Assembly (NCBI GenBank): GCA_028023455.1
Contig: JAQFVV010000009.1
Location: 9,982,001-10,046,000, forward strand
Reading direction: 5' to 3'
Source: Epiperipatus broadwayi
Lineage: Eukaryota; Animalia; Onychophora
Length of the DNA: 64,000 nucleotides
Below the pieces are notes generated by a model. That model did not search any database, was not told where the DNA came from, and saw nothing but the letters and a program-made list of their open reading frames with translations. Positions 11,456 to 25,578 of the stretch are shown here, piece by piece (position 1 is the stretch's first letter; each line of letters starts with the position of its first letter). The position numbers were made by a program, and so were the translations under genes.

Positions 11456-13875
11456 CAGTAGTAGATAGATCTAAAGATTCCAGGATTTACTTATTTATAT
11501 ATATATTAAATCTGTTTGGTAAATGGAAACTGTTGAGCTTAATTTGTCATCTGGATATTCAAAGTCATATGACTTCCAAGCCATTAACTTTCTGATTATT
11601 TATTTAATACAGCAAGCAAATAACAATACTGTATTAGATAATTGGTGATCATGTGATGTAGCTTATCACCTTAACAATAATTAATTTAGTATCTAAACAT
11701 GGCTCTGGGACATTTTTTAATACAGGAGCTACAGAGCCATTATCAACACAACAAAAAATAAACCTTACATAACAGTAAATATATGAGTAAAATATATATA
11801 ATAATAATAATAATACAAACAGTAAATAATATTTAATTATAAAGGCTACAAAGTAAAAAAAAAATTGTTTAATGTACTAAAGTTTATTATACTACACCTA
11901 TAAATAATAAATATAGACTACAAAATACAAAAAATACAACCAAAAAAAAAAAAAAAAAGTTTCCAATCAACAAATTTTATTTTGCAGAAAAAGTATTTAA
12001 TTAACACATTTCATATTTTATCTTGCAGCTGTCCAAACAGTAAGAAAATATAATATTAAGTTAAATGTACCATCATTGGCCTCAGCAAGTAGAGACCCAG
12101 ATTGTTATTCTGCCACCACATTTTTACTATTAAAAAAACTTTACAAAATAAAACAAAAATTTTAATTAGTAAATAAAACACCAAACAAAAAAAATATTTA
12201 ATTAATAAATATTATGAACAAGTAGTATTTTTTTTTAACTACAAGAGTTAATTTTTTTTTTAAATATCAAAAAAAAAAAAAGGCAAATCTTTTCACCAGC
12301 ATCAATAAGTAGCATGAATAACCCGAAAAGGGGCTATAAAAAAAGATTCACAATGTTGCTGTTGATGGAATTGTAATTTATTATACAAACAACAGCAAGA
12401 TAAAATTCTCACATATTTAATGTGTGTATTATTTAATGAAAAACTGAATAAATAAGCAAACATTTAGACAGGTCATGTCACAAATCTCTCCATTTATTTA
12501 AGGTTAATATTATACATATTTATTGATCAAACAGCCACAAGATTATTTAGCAAAAAACTGAACAAGTAAGCAAAGGTCCATGGGTATAATTCCGATGACT
12601 GGAGAGGACAAATGTTGGGACAGGTTCATGAGGTATTCCCTTATTTACTATTATATGCATTTACTACAAACTAAAATATACAAGTCCCATGTATTTACTG
12701 TTCATATTATTTACTGCAAAAAAAATCTCACATACCATTTGTTATTTATAATTATAATGTTATAAAGTTGTACTATTTGTTAATTAAAAAGTTTTATTTT
12801 TTTACTTTGTAGCATTTATTTTTATATAAAATAGTGCTTATGTCCATATTATTTTCATATTACATGTATTTTACTCATATATTTATTACAAAGTTAGGTT
12901 TACAACTTAGTATGCCAATAGTAGTTCAGTGGCTACCCCATTGTAAGTCCCAGAGTACATACTAAAACAGTACCCAATATTCTTTATCTCGTAAATTTTA
13001 ATTAGCTTTTTACATCATTAAGATGCAGATTTAAAAATACAGAATTAAAAAAAAACAAATGCAAATATTTTATTAACAATATAATTTGATAATCCCCCCT
13101 CCCCCCCTAACCCTATCACTGTAGGATAAAATACAGTTTGGAATCAGACTAAGCATTACTTTACAGTTAGTATGTATACAATAATGTTTTGTAAAATAGC
13201 AAATAATAAAACAATTTTTTTAATGGTTATCTGAAATCTGCCATAATAAATAAAAATGCTGAATCATTTACTTATTTGTTAAATGATACACTCTGTCCTT
13301 CAAAATTAAAATTTCCAGGGAATGTCTGCAATATGAAGTTTATTCTCCTCTTTGCATGATTAATCTACAACCCAGTAAATTTAATAATGTTAATGGTCAA
13401 ATTAATAAGGCAAATAAAAATATATCTCATATGATATACACTAAACAATATTACCAAAGTATCAGTCTGCTCAAAATAAGAATCTTCGCAGAGCTCTATT
13501 ACAATATTACTAACTGAAATTAGTCAAAATATCAAACGCTTTTTGCATAAGATAAATAACAATTTATCATCATCTTAAACAGTCTTTTCCAATAATGTTA
13601 TTAAATAAAATTTGCAAGTCTTTTTCTTTTTTATTATTAAATTATCATATGATTCATATGATTAAACTTCAAATATTAAAAATGCCTTCAGTCTCAAAAC
13701 ATTTTAATAATTTACTTGTAATTTCAAAAAACTGAGGATGACTGACCAGCAACTGAATTCATTAATTTGATGATCATTCAGCATATATATAATCTTTTGA
13801 TAGTAATAAAATAAATCCTACAATATAAAGAAACAATTTGGAGCTTTACTTTGTATTTTCCCGATTTAAAAAAAT

Positions 13876-14021
13876 GATACTAGTTGATTAGCCAACATTA
13901 CGGAGCTGATTTATAATTTTGTTATTATTTATTCAAAAACAAATAAATATAACGCTTTTTTCTGTGCTTTTGCATGGAATCAGCGACATCAAGCTAGTGT
14001 GGGGGTTAATCAACTAGTACC
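13876..14021. mobile_element. Short non-autonomous TIR element, related to 15474-16199
   Basis: TIRs GATACTAGTTGATTAGCC / GGTTAATCAACTAGTACC. 8-bp direct repeat AAAAAAAT on both sides. 13950-14012 is the reverse complement of the left end of the 15.5-kb element. Confidence 0.6.
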
Positions 14022-15473
14022 AAAAAAATGACAATGACAAAACTAACCTTGAACTAAATAAACTAATATTTCATTAGTGATTCCATTATTAATATTATGC
14101 CACTTTCTAAATATGGTTCATTAATTTCATTATACAAATAAAATTTAAAAAAAAATCGATAAAAAATAAAACAAGATTTATAAAAAAAAAGTGTGTGAAA
14201 TTGGTTTATTTTTTATATATTAAAACACATTTATAAAGCTATTTATAAAAATACAAGATATTCAGGCTAGTAAGCATGAAAATCATTCTACAAATCAATT
14301 ACAAACAAAAGTAAGCACAAGGTAGACAAAACTAGTCACATGCATGAAAATTATATGTAAAATTATTAATTAAAAATGCATACTTGTGTTTTTTCTTCTT
14401 AAAATAACTCATCCATAATTTTAAATATACATTAAAAAATCTTCACTTTTTTCTTTAAAAACTTTTTTTTATTAGCATGTACCATATAAATTGCCGAACT
14501 AAAAATAGCATAATTAATACACTCTATATTTCAATCAAATATCATAATCATTGTCAAAGGTTTACAATTTTCTACTTGAAAAAATATAAAATAAATTATA
14601 TGATATAACATGAAAAACAACAAATTACTAAAAATTAAAATCTTCTCACATAAACTTTTATCTTGCTATTTTATTAAAAATGCTTTAATACAAAAAAAAA
14701 AAAACCTAATAAGTTTATTCTTTTTCATAGACAGTATTACTATAATTTTTAACATTCACTACTAAAGTATAAAAAAGTTAAAATATTATGCATATATGTT
14801 CACTACCTAAAGGTAGTTAGAGTTCTGGCAATGTGGTTTACTGATTAAGAAACAGCTTTGATCATCATTGCTGATAGTTTGCACTTAACTTACTATACTC
14901 TTAAAATATAATTTATTCTAGCATCTCAATTTTAGAGATGACATAAGTTCAGATATCAATTATAGCCAGCTATTAATAAATCTGCCAACATTTGTTCAAT
15001 TTTCTTAATTACTTCTAGCTTTATCACTCAGCTTTGATGTCTTTTTGATTATTTAATATCTGATTTATTAATTTTAAAAATCAATGTGCAATAAAACAAA
15101 AGTATAATCCATGATAACTACTGGTAAAGAGCCACTTTTAAAATGATCATTAACAAACAAACAAAAAAATGCAACAAAATGTTCTATTATTTGAGATGCC
15201 ATTATTTTGTCAGTAAAATGTATTCTTCAGCCATGCTATGGTGCAACAACTGTCTACCATAGTTGTTGAAATGTTTTATTCTTTAATGATTGATATTAAA
15301 AAATGCACAAGAACTTTAATTACAATATATAGAATACTGATAATAAAAATTTACTTAAAAATTTTATTGAATATTAGGAGTAAACTTTCGCATTTGATTG
15401 CAGCAATCTCATTGGAAGACAGTGATCTCTACTACTACTTTCTACGGATTGACTTTCTTTGGTTAAAAGCTGC

Positions 15474-16199
15474 GTTTGTTGTCGATTAGCCCCTGCACAC
15501 CGCTTGATGTTACTGTTTCCATGCAAAAGCACAGAAATATACTGCTCATGCAGCCTATAGAACAGTTCTGTTCATATTAGCCGCTAAGCAGCTTTTGTGA
15601 TCGCTACAGTATGATGTGAGGGTGTGTAGAATTTAAGTTGTCCTAAGTCTTTGCATGTGCATTCGAAGTACTTATTTTTCAGACGACCTGACATACTTTT
15701 AGATAGTATTAATTGTAAGACAAAAGATGCGCTTCCATACACATATTTTTAGGGTTAAACGAATTTCAAAAGTGTACGTTCCAGCATTATACAGAAATCA
15801 TGCGTAAAACATATTTTGTGCAGGGAGAGCTATGAGACTTTCAAAGCATAAGCTTTGCTTGATCAGAGGGAAATTTTAAAATTGAATTGTGTTTCATAAA
15901 TTGTTTTAAAATAGTGTTGAAATTTTTTTTTTTTTGATCAGATGTTAATTGAAAAAAGGAAATATATTTTATTAAATAATTTTGTTTTTCAAAATGTTGT
16001 GATGGACAATCCTTCGAATCGGCAAAACCATCTGATACCCCTCCCTGCGAATTCTAGTGCTACACGCTGACATGTACAGTGTTGTATCAGAGTAGTGTAA
16101 AAAAAGTAAATTGTAAATCATCCCGGTAATGTTATATCTATTGGTTTTTGACTAGCAACAGAGCCATCAAGCGGCGTGTGGGGCTAATCGATGATAACC
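15474..16199. mobile_element. Non-autonomous TIR DNA transposon (GG termini, 8-bp TSD; possibly Merlin-like)
   Basis: TIR core TCGATTAGCCCC..CAC..CCGCTTGATG at 15482-15509, inverted at 16165-16191. Flanks AAAGCTGC / AAAGCTAT form a degenerate 8-bp TSD. Superfamily inferred only from termini and TSD length. Confidence 0.65.
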
Positions 16200-17222
16200 A
16201 AAGCTATTAAAGATCTCTAAACCAATTCCTGGTTTATTAATATTCAGAAACAAAAAATATATATATACACCAAAAAAGTAATCAGGTAGCTATAAAAACT
16301 ATCCCAGCAAAGATTGTGAAAATTTTATAAGTAAAAAAAAAAAAAATTACTAACTTAGTTCACTCTAAATACAAACACAAGCATCCTTTACAGTGCTTTT
16401 TCAAATTTAAATGAAGTGATTTAGTCATTGCTGCCAGATATTTATCTTTTAAATATGAAGTGGGTTAAACATTGCCCTCAAGTATGGTTTTATGAAGTTA
16501 GAATATGAAAGTGTTTTTTTTTTTTCCAATACCAAATACCCTTCCTGATATGATCACTTAATTTCTCTTCCAGATAAAAATAATTAGTCATTGCAACCAA
16601 TAATAATTGAGTAGACTATTTTATAAACAAAAATTAGTGTTTAGACAAAAGCATGAGAATAACAGTAATAGCATTAGCAACAATATGTATCAAAAACTGC
16701 ATTTATTCTATAAAATATAGATTTATATGAGCTTTAAAAATATATGATCAACTTAACTTTTGTTATCATTATATAATACTTAAATAAAGTTTAGAAGAAT
16801 ATTAAAACACTACTCACGGAATATGTAGGGTATTCAAGAATGCTTTATATAAATTCCAAAATTTTTAAATCAAAGTGATTGAAAAGATTATGAATATTCT
16901 CAGTTCCATATCTTACTCGGTATAAACTAGAGAATAATCTTGGAAAAATGGAATGAACTCTGTCCTACAAAATGTTTAACAATCTGAAAGCTGTGATGTA
17001 AAATAATAATTTGATCAAAATGTATCATAATATATATGCTTGCCAAAATCATCGAAGCTATGGTATTGGAAATCTGGCTGATTAAACTCCTTTCAATGAT
17101 TGTGACAAAAAGTTGCAAAGAAAAAATTAAAGAGTGTTTCGTTTGGCCATAAGATATATTTCGGCAATCATCCCCAAGTTCTTACCTTCCTGACACCATC
17201 GCAATAAGCAATGGATTTTAAT

Positions 17223-17425
17223 TATAGGTAGTTCTAAAAAGTTTTATTCTTCTATCTTGACTGAAAGCAGTTATCAAACTTTAAACTGATATGTATTTTT
17301 TGATTATAATTCTTTATAATATTTTTCAAATCCTCTTGGTAAGCATTTGTTTCCAACTATAGTTAGTTCTAAAGTTTATTCTCCCACCATTGGTGAATGC
17401 AGTTACCAAACTTTAGATTGATATT
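17223..17425 (+). repeat. Diverged ~70-bp direct repeat pair
   Basis: TATAGGTAGTTCTAAAAAGTTTTATTC...GCAGTTATCAAACTTTAAACTGATAT (17223-17292) recurs at about 17359-17425. Confidence 0.7.
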
Positions 17426-18689
17426 CCATTTAAATGAAATTTAAAAATTAAAACTGACTGGTAAAAGTAAGAATATATAAATATAAATTTCTGCTTCCAT
17501 GCTTCATGATATCAAAAATAGTTTTAATATGGCAGGTATACTATTATTTTGTGCCTGTATATGTTGGTATGTAAATTAGCCTTTACAGAATCTACTGCTG
17601 AGTGTCTCTTGAATAGAGAACAGTTAGAGGAGTGGGGGGGGGGGGTTACTCATTAAATTTGCTGATGTTCTTAACAATTTGTCATTCTTGTTTAATTCTT
17701 TTTCTAAGCATAGTCAAATACTCATTAACCAATTACTAATTTAATGATTTAACTAAATTAGCTAAGGGTCTCTTACTTGAAAATAAAAAACCTGTTGAAA
17801 TTTATTTTTTGTACTTTATCAGTAAGTAAATTTCTGGTTTTTATAAAAAAACTTTTTATTTATAAATACTGTAAAACCATTAGTAATAATAAAATCTCAA
17901 AACTATATTAAATCATCAAAAAATACTGATCTAAAAATTTAAAATATGGTACTAATAAAATTATGGATAAGTTCCCAGCAAAAAATTATTAATATGCAAA
18001 AAACACCATTCAAGAAATCTGGTCAAAAGTTATTTGCTAATCATAATTAATAGTGAAACAATTATCCAATAGAGATATACTAAATCAGTTAATACATTCA
18101 ATAAATTTTCTTAAAGATAGGGGCAAAAATTTGCTTCTTGGTATGTGAAATTTCAGGAAAAATACTTATATATTTGTCTCTAGGGATTGTTTTTATATTG
18201 AAGGGGATTTCTTAAATAATATTCATTTATTATATAAAGGTCCCAAAATAAATCTGTACACTACCACTCATATGATGGTGCAAAATAATTAAAAATGAAT
18301 AAGACAATTGAATACAAAGATTACTTATTTTTAAACTGAATTAACCTCAACTAGTGAAACACTGAAAAAAATTGTAATTAACTAAAATATAATAGAATAT
18401 TTTCATGTTTTGCACTTATTTACAAGAGCAAATAAAATCTATTAGAAAGAAAAAAATCTAAATTTACTTACAATAATAAAATCAATATACAGGAAGTGAA
18501 GGCTGGTTTATTAGAATCATGAATAAAATAAGAATTCTTGAGTTTCACTGCCTTGCAGTGGACACCTGACAATTATTTTGATATGTCAGCTAATTAATTA
18601 TAAAGGGGGGGGGGGTGTAGGGAGCTTTACTATTAACAGTAAACCAATAAAAAAAATTCATTATGAAGAAGGTAAAATGACCAGAAATA

Positions 18690-19330
18690 GTCTTATTTAA
18701 AAAGAAACAAAGGACATTTTCATAAAGTCTATAATTTAAAATGAAATTATGATTAAATTTGGCTATAAAATTGGTGACAAATTCTGAGGAATAGGACATT
18801 AGGATATATATAAATACTCTTTTAGTATTTTGTACATATGGTTTAATCATAATTCATTAATCTAATTTTGGATCTGTTTAAGATAAACATATATATTCAC
18901 ATATGTAATATTTGACAGCCTATCAATATTTAATATACTTTGGTCTACGATTCTGTTTAATTATAAACAACTTCAAATTGTTAGCCAATAATATCTCTTG
19001 CCAATAAATTTAAAATTCTGTCAAGTTTTCAAAATTTATTTTTTGGTACATTAGTGGAATGAAAATTTGCCATATGCCAAACTTGAAAGTTTCTAGATAT
19101 GATGAAATTGATCATTCAAATCTGATAAAGCAATGTAAGAAGAAGAAAAAAAAACATATTAACAAGGATAGGAATATAACAACATTAAGCCACAATTTAT
19201 TGTTCCATAAAGAAATATTTAAAGGATACTATGAAATATGTGATTACATGCACCTGTTACATATATCAATTCAGCTACAAATTGATTCATTACAGAATTA
19301 TGACATTCAATCAAAATTTGTATCTTAAAT
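18690..19330 (+). pseudogene. Possible highly decayed piggyBac-like transposase relic
   Basis: Isolated motifs IKFGYKI (about 18752) and RYDEIDH...KQCK (ORF 19059-19328) resemble piggyBac P(I/V)RFGYK and C-terminal RYDxxxH motifs. No termini found. Confidence 0.35.
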
Positions 19331-20584
19331 TTGTAGTCCAAAACCAGACTGGAGAGCCTGGAAAATGAAATATTATAACTAAAAGATAATCCGTTAATAC
19401 AATTAATTCTACAATCTCATATTTTAGTCAAACTGTGGAACAAAAATAGAAGACTAAAATAAAAAAAAGCAAAGAGTTGTAGCCTACTTTTTTTCCTGAA
19501 CCAATTTACTGTGACCATAAAACTTTTTTAAAAAAACATTAAAAAAATCTCTATAATAATAATTCCAAACATTTAAATTATTATTTTGTCTCACACCCAT
19601 CGGTAGAAGATATACAAAGCAAAATATTATTATGTACATAAGCAAAGAAGAAATAATATTTAGCAATGTTTAAGAAGATTAAGAGGTGTAATGATCAAAC
19701 AGCTTTCAAAGGAGACAACTTTATAAACTTAAGATCTATCAAAACAAAGCAATATATTCAAGATTTTAGAAAAGATTTAGGAAAACTATTTCTACTACCG
19801 TAACTAATGAGGATATACTGATTATCATGTAAATATATATATATAATGAAATATGATCATAATAGAAAACTATGAGAGCTCAAAAAAGATGAGATGATGA
19901 ATATGTAACAATCAAATTTGTTATATAAAGATCAGACAAATAGTGAGCAACCAATAATCAAGAGATTTAATTATATGTATTATCATTTCACATGCAATGG
20001 TTAGAAATATTCAAAAAGAAAAGCAGATTTAAAAATAAAACAAATTGTACAAATACAAATAGCTTTGTGAATGTGCATTTAACATATATATTCAACATAG
20101 ATATTGTATAGCATATCTACTTGTTATGCTCACAACCATGGGTTAAATCCACACTAAATAAGATTTACTTGAAAAAATTTCTATTAAAAAAATTATGAAT
20201 AATTTCAAAAGCAAAATCCTAAGAGTTATTGTTTACTTATAAAAGCTTGTCATTGTTTAAATATTCCAATAATTTGACTACCAAATTGAGTTATAAGAGC
20301 ATATTTATGTTTTATTAAATGGTGCATGTTCTTATATGAAATTATATAAAATTTGAAGATTAGCATACTAATAAACCATTCATTAAAGTTTAAGTTTTCT
20401 GAGAGGTGATAGTGAATGATATCAATTTCTCATTCATATATGGCTCACTAAAGTTCAGTATTTAATTGAAGTAATAAACAAGGCAATAAAAAAATAGTCC
20501 ATCATGGTTTGTAATGGCCGGTCATACAAGGTATTTACCTGCTTAAATTTGACGAGTATTAGGCGATACGAATCAAAATAAAAG

Positions 20585-22010
20585 ATGGGGAGGAAAAGTA
20601 AAAAAAACTCAGAAATCAAAGTGAGTATTACTAATGATAAAGATAATCTAAAGGATTTAGTTGATAGTAATTTGGAAGAAAATAAAAATGGCAAAGATAA
20701 AATGTCTGATAAGCCTAGGTTAAATGAATGTAAATTAGAAAAAATTAATGGTGATACTGAATTAAATGAATTTAGAGATGAAAGTGATGGTAATAGTATT
20801 AACGTTAAACTGCAACTATTGCAAACAAAAAATCATGGGAGTAAGATTTTAGGCATTGATAGAGAAAACGTTGGATTAGAAAGATCAGAGCGGGAAATAT
20901 TAAAACATAGTAAGAGAAGGAAAATGGATAATGATGAAAGTTATGACTCGCCGGATGAGCGGAGTATACAAACTACTTCAATAAAACAAATCACAGCTAG
21001 TTCAAAATTAATAAAAATAGTAAATGAATCGGATAATCAAAAAGAATTAATTAAAAAAACAACAAATTTTGCTGAACTTAACGATAACGTTCCAGAAAAT
21101 AAAAGCACAAATAGACTTACCACTAAATCTTTTGTTACTTTAAACTCTTATTGGAAAAAAATTTTCATAAGCTGCATGTCACCAAGTACATTAATTTTTA
21201 GTTTAGTTATGCAAACAAATGACACTACAGGAGAACATGTGCTTGACAAACCAGATCTTAATGAATATTTAAAAGCACTCGATGCCCAGGAATTGATTAG
21301 CACAGTTAAATATACGGCCTTTTTTCCTGCTAGAGGGTTTGTTTCAATAGAATATTACAATAAAGAACAAAAAGAAAGAGCAGAAAACTTAATTAAAGAA
21401 ATACAAAAAAAAAAAAAAATTACTATGTAACAAAAGATCCAATTATGGAAGAATACTACACACTCCACCGAGTTTCAATATTGAATATTTTAAAATGCAG
21501 ATAGGCAATTATGTCAAGATAATAAACATGGAAAGGGAAATGATGGCGGATGTAGCCTTTCAAATTCCATCAAATGCATGGAGGGTAGTGCTAAAGTTGA
21601 AGAAAGGTGTAATGAAAGAACAGCTTCCACATAGATTATTAAAGGATAAAATGCCCATTTCCTTAGTTATAAGGGGTAGACCACCTTTGTGTTTTAGATG
21701 TGACAAAGTTGGTCATATAGCAGCGATGTGTGATACGGGGAATTGCATAAAGTGTAATAAATTCGACCGAATGAATCACCTATGTAATAATTCGCCAATA
21801 AAGACATGGGCTAATGTAGTTAATAACAATAGAGAAGAGGATAGATTGTATGAAGAACAGATATATAATGAAATTAATACAGATATATTAGCTGATGCTG
21901 ACGTTTATCAGTTGAACCTGACACACATGCTGATAGTAGTAAAACCTCTGAAGAAGATTATGACACTGATTCACGGATGGAAAGTGTGGTGGAAGACAGG
22001 GATATCGTAA
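20585..22010 (+). pseudogene. ORF1 (gag-like, zinc knuckle) of the L1/Tx1 element, frameshifted
   Basis: ORFs 20585-21430 and 21495-22010, broken at an A15 run near 21405. Contains the CCHC knuckle GRPPLCFRCDKVGHIAAMC and a second Cys/His cluster. Confidence 0.85.
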
Positions 22011-22096
22011 CTCTATCGGTAGAATCTCTCAAACAACAAGTAAATAAAAAGGAATGCAGAAGAAAAACCAACATGGAAGATATAGCTGATGAGGGC

Positions 22097-22260
22097 AATA
22101 ATGATAATAAGCAAGCAAATACTGATGTGCTAACATTGCCTATACAGATAGAGAACCTTTAAGTGATGATGTTAATAATGATAATAAGCAAGCAAATACT
22201 GATGTGCTAACATTGCCTATTCAGGATAGAGAACCTTTATATGATGATGTTAATGATAAG
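22097..22260 (+). repeat. Tandem duplication (~70-bp unit, about 2 copies) at the ORF1/ORF2 boundary
   Basis: AATAATGATAATAAGCAAGCAAATACTGATGTGCTAACATTGCCTAT..GATAGAGAACCTTT..TGATGATGTT occurs twice. Confidence 0.9.
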
Positions 22261-22344
22261 GAATATGATGAAAAAAAAACTAAATTAAAAGAGGATAATT
22301 TGTGGAGTAATATTCATATAAATTGACAAATCTTTTGCCAAATC

Positions 22345-25300
22345 ATGAATAAAACACTAAATATAATATCAATTAATGTAAGAGGTATGAATGGAGGAGA
22401 TAAAGCAGATAAGGTTGTGGATTACATAGCGTCTCAGAAATATGATATTATAATTTTAACTGAAACAAAGATTAGTGACAAAACATCCCCATGGATTATT
22501 GAAAAACTTTCAAATAAAAATTTATTTTTGTACAAACCTAACATGAAATCATCACAAGGAGTGGCAGTGCTAATAAATATGAGCGCAGGTATAAAAAATA
22601 TACAAATAATATTGTTACAAGTAAACTATGTGGTGATGTCCTTTGTCATTTTTGACCAGCTTCATTACCTAATTGCGGTGTACTTGATTTCTAAGAGTAA
22701 TAATATATCTAACGCGATTCATAGTGTTCAGAATAAGTTGTTACAAAAGCCGGGTATTGTTGTGGTGGGAGGTGATTTTAATTGCTCTTATCAGAATATT
22801 CCCAAACTCCTAGAACAGAAATTGGAAATGATTGCTGTGTACCCATTGAAAATGAAATATGGCAAAGATGCTTATTCATTTTTTAACAGTAGATACTCCT
22901 CACTGATTGATTTGTTCTTTGTATCCAGTGCTAAAGTTAAGGACTCATTTATTGCTACCTCTTTGGTGGCCTTCTCGGACCACTTAAGAATACTTCTCCA
23001 GATAAAGAATTATAGTTTAATCAAAAATAAAAGATATGCATTTACTATAAAGAAGAACATTAGGAGTCAGATTTTCCTTTCGGTTGATCAGATTTCTAAC
23101 ATTATCATAGTGTCGAATTATTACAATCGGATTTCAAACCTGCCTCCATGTATTGCTTGGCATAAATTCAAAAAATTTATTTCAAACTTGTGCTCTGATA
23201 GTTCGAATAATATGATGTCCCAAAATCAAATGAAAAATAGAATTATAGAGATTAATAAAACAATGAGTGTCATTTCTGAATTGGGTGAAAATAAAGACCT
23301 GGTTGGTAAACTACAACAAGAATATAATAATATATATAGGAAAATGCATGAAGATACATATATATTAAGACTAAGGAAATTAATTCCGGGGCTGGGACAA
23401 ATATTAAAACCAACCATTAATTATGCAAAAATTTATATACCTCACACAAATGGTATAGCATCTATGAAGACAATAGAAGATTCTCTAATATCAGGTGATG
23501 AGGTTGATGAATATATGGTGGAAAGACTGAAACAGACCATGGGTAATCGGGACATTGATGGTCATCAATATAGGATAATTACAAAGCAAACAGGGAAGGA
23601 ATATATTTCGCAAGAAATTACAGATGAAATTAATAGATTGAAAATGCAAACAGTATTGGCTTATGATGCGATCCCAGCATCAGTTTATAAACAAATCACT
23701 TATCTTATGATAGGGCCTATGTTAAAATATTTTAATCAGATGTGCTCGCAAAGATTTGAATGGCCCAGCATAAATAAAAGAGTAATCTTTAGTGTTAAAA
23801 AGAAAGAAACACATTAATACCTAAATTTGAAGACCTAAGAAATATATCGATTGAGGATATAGATTCTAAAATACTGGCTAGGATCCATACAAAGAAAAAT
23901 GTTTAAAAGTGTCAGTGATAAAATTTCAACAGCGCATCATGCTGTGAAAGGTAAGAGAGTGATAAATGCAGCTCTTAAAATACAAGAAGCTATCAAGTAT
24001 GCCAAGGCCTTGAATCAGACTCAGTACTTTGCATTGAAAATTGACTTTAAATCTGCATTTGACTTGGTTGACTGGGCTTATCTATTTCATGCCCTAAATG
24101 GGCTGATAAAAGATGATCAATATTTAATAAATGCAATAATTAATTATATTACTAATAATAAAATTTCTTATAAAAACTTTATGAGGAGGTCGGAGTTCTT
24201 TAACCCTAGTAAAGGTATCCCACAGGGTTCTCCGTTGGCAGCACTCTTATTTGCTATCTATGTGGACCCTATGGTAAAGGAAATAGAAAAAATAATTAAC
24301 GGAATCTACTTGCCCCATTTGGGAGTTTCAATAAAAGTAACGGCCTTTATAGATGACATAATAATAATTTTTGAAAACAGCTATAATATTGATATAGTTA
24401 TAAATAAGGTCAGAAAATTCCAACAGGCTACAGGATCAGTAGTACAGCTTGCTAAGTCAGCAGCTTGGCAATTGGGAAAAGAATACCAAGTGAGTTTTTA
24501 GCTCAGCCTAAGTCTTTTCTTGGCCTCCCCCTTTACTTATCCAAAACTAAAATGAATCGTCAGTTAAATCAACTAGTAACAAAAAAAAATAGAAGAAAGA
24601 ATTAATAGTTTTTCATATTTTAAACTCTATGAAATGACTAGAACCAAGATTTTCAATGCAATTGCAATAGGAGTGCTTAGTTATTATGGACCTTGGTTGA
24701 AACTTTACAACAAAACTATCCAAAAGATTATACAGATGGCAAAGAAGTTCATATGGGGGAAGAAATCTAGCCTCCTCTCAACCTCTGTACTCCAGCAACC
24801 AATAGATAAAGGTGGGCTTAACTTAATCGATCCAAAAGCTTATGTTAATTTTATTACTGCCAGGGCATATTTGAATGTAATGAAGGATCAGTCCTTCAGA
24901 CTCCAACAGGAGATATAAGAATTTACAATGAAATGGGAGCTGAGAGAAGATCACATCTTGTGGACATGTTTATAACATACAAAGATTTACAAGATGATCT
25001 AAATGTCCAAAGTCTAGATGGAATAAAATATAAAGATTTAACAAAAGGAGATTATCAAAATGAGAATGCGTGGTTAGGCTGTTCACTGAAAAGTGTTCTT
25101 AAAAAATTCCACTCGATATATACGCCTCAATCATCCATGAAGTTTATTTTTAAGCTGATAAATGGAATCCTGCTGACAACCTCCTACCTTAATAAAAGGC
25201 TGGGGATGGGGTTGGATGATGTGTGTATCTTTTGTAAGAAGAGAAAAGAAACATTTATGCACCTGCTTGAGGAATGCCAGGCATTCAGGGATATGAGATC

Positions 25301-25578
25301 ACAAGTCTTTCATATGCCAATAATAGACCTAAAGGATCTGATAAAAAAAATATGTGATTAGGTTTAATCCGCATAATGCAATGGTTATAATCCATGCATT
25401 AAAAACAATATGGCTAATTAGATGTTCTTTGGTATTTGATAATAAAAAATTCAACTGGCTGAGAAAGCTGGAGAGAGATTGGAGTGATTACTTTAACCTA
25501 TGTTTAAAATATTGGCCAAAGAAAACTGTAGAATCAGTGTGGGGAGGGTCTGCTCTATCCACATGTGAAATATGGTAG
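22345..25578 (+). pseudogene. ORF2 (APE endonuclease, reverse transcriptase, C-terminal CCHC) of the L1/Tx1 element
   Basis: APE motifs SINVRG, LTETK, GGDFN, IDLFFV, SDH. RT motifs IDFKSAFD, GIPQGSPL, AFIDDI. C-terminal CIFCKKRKETFMHLLEEC. Split into five ORFs. Confidence 0.93.
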
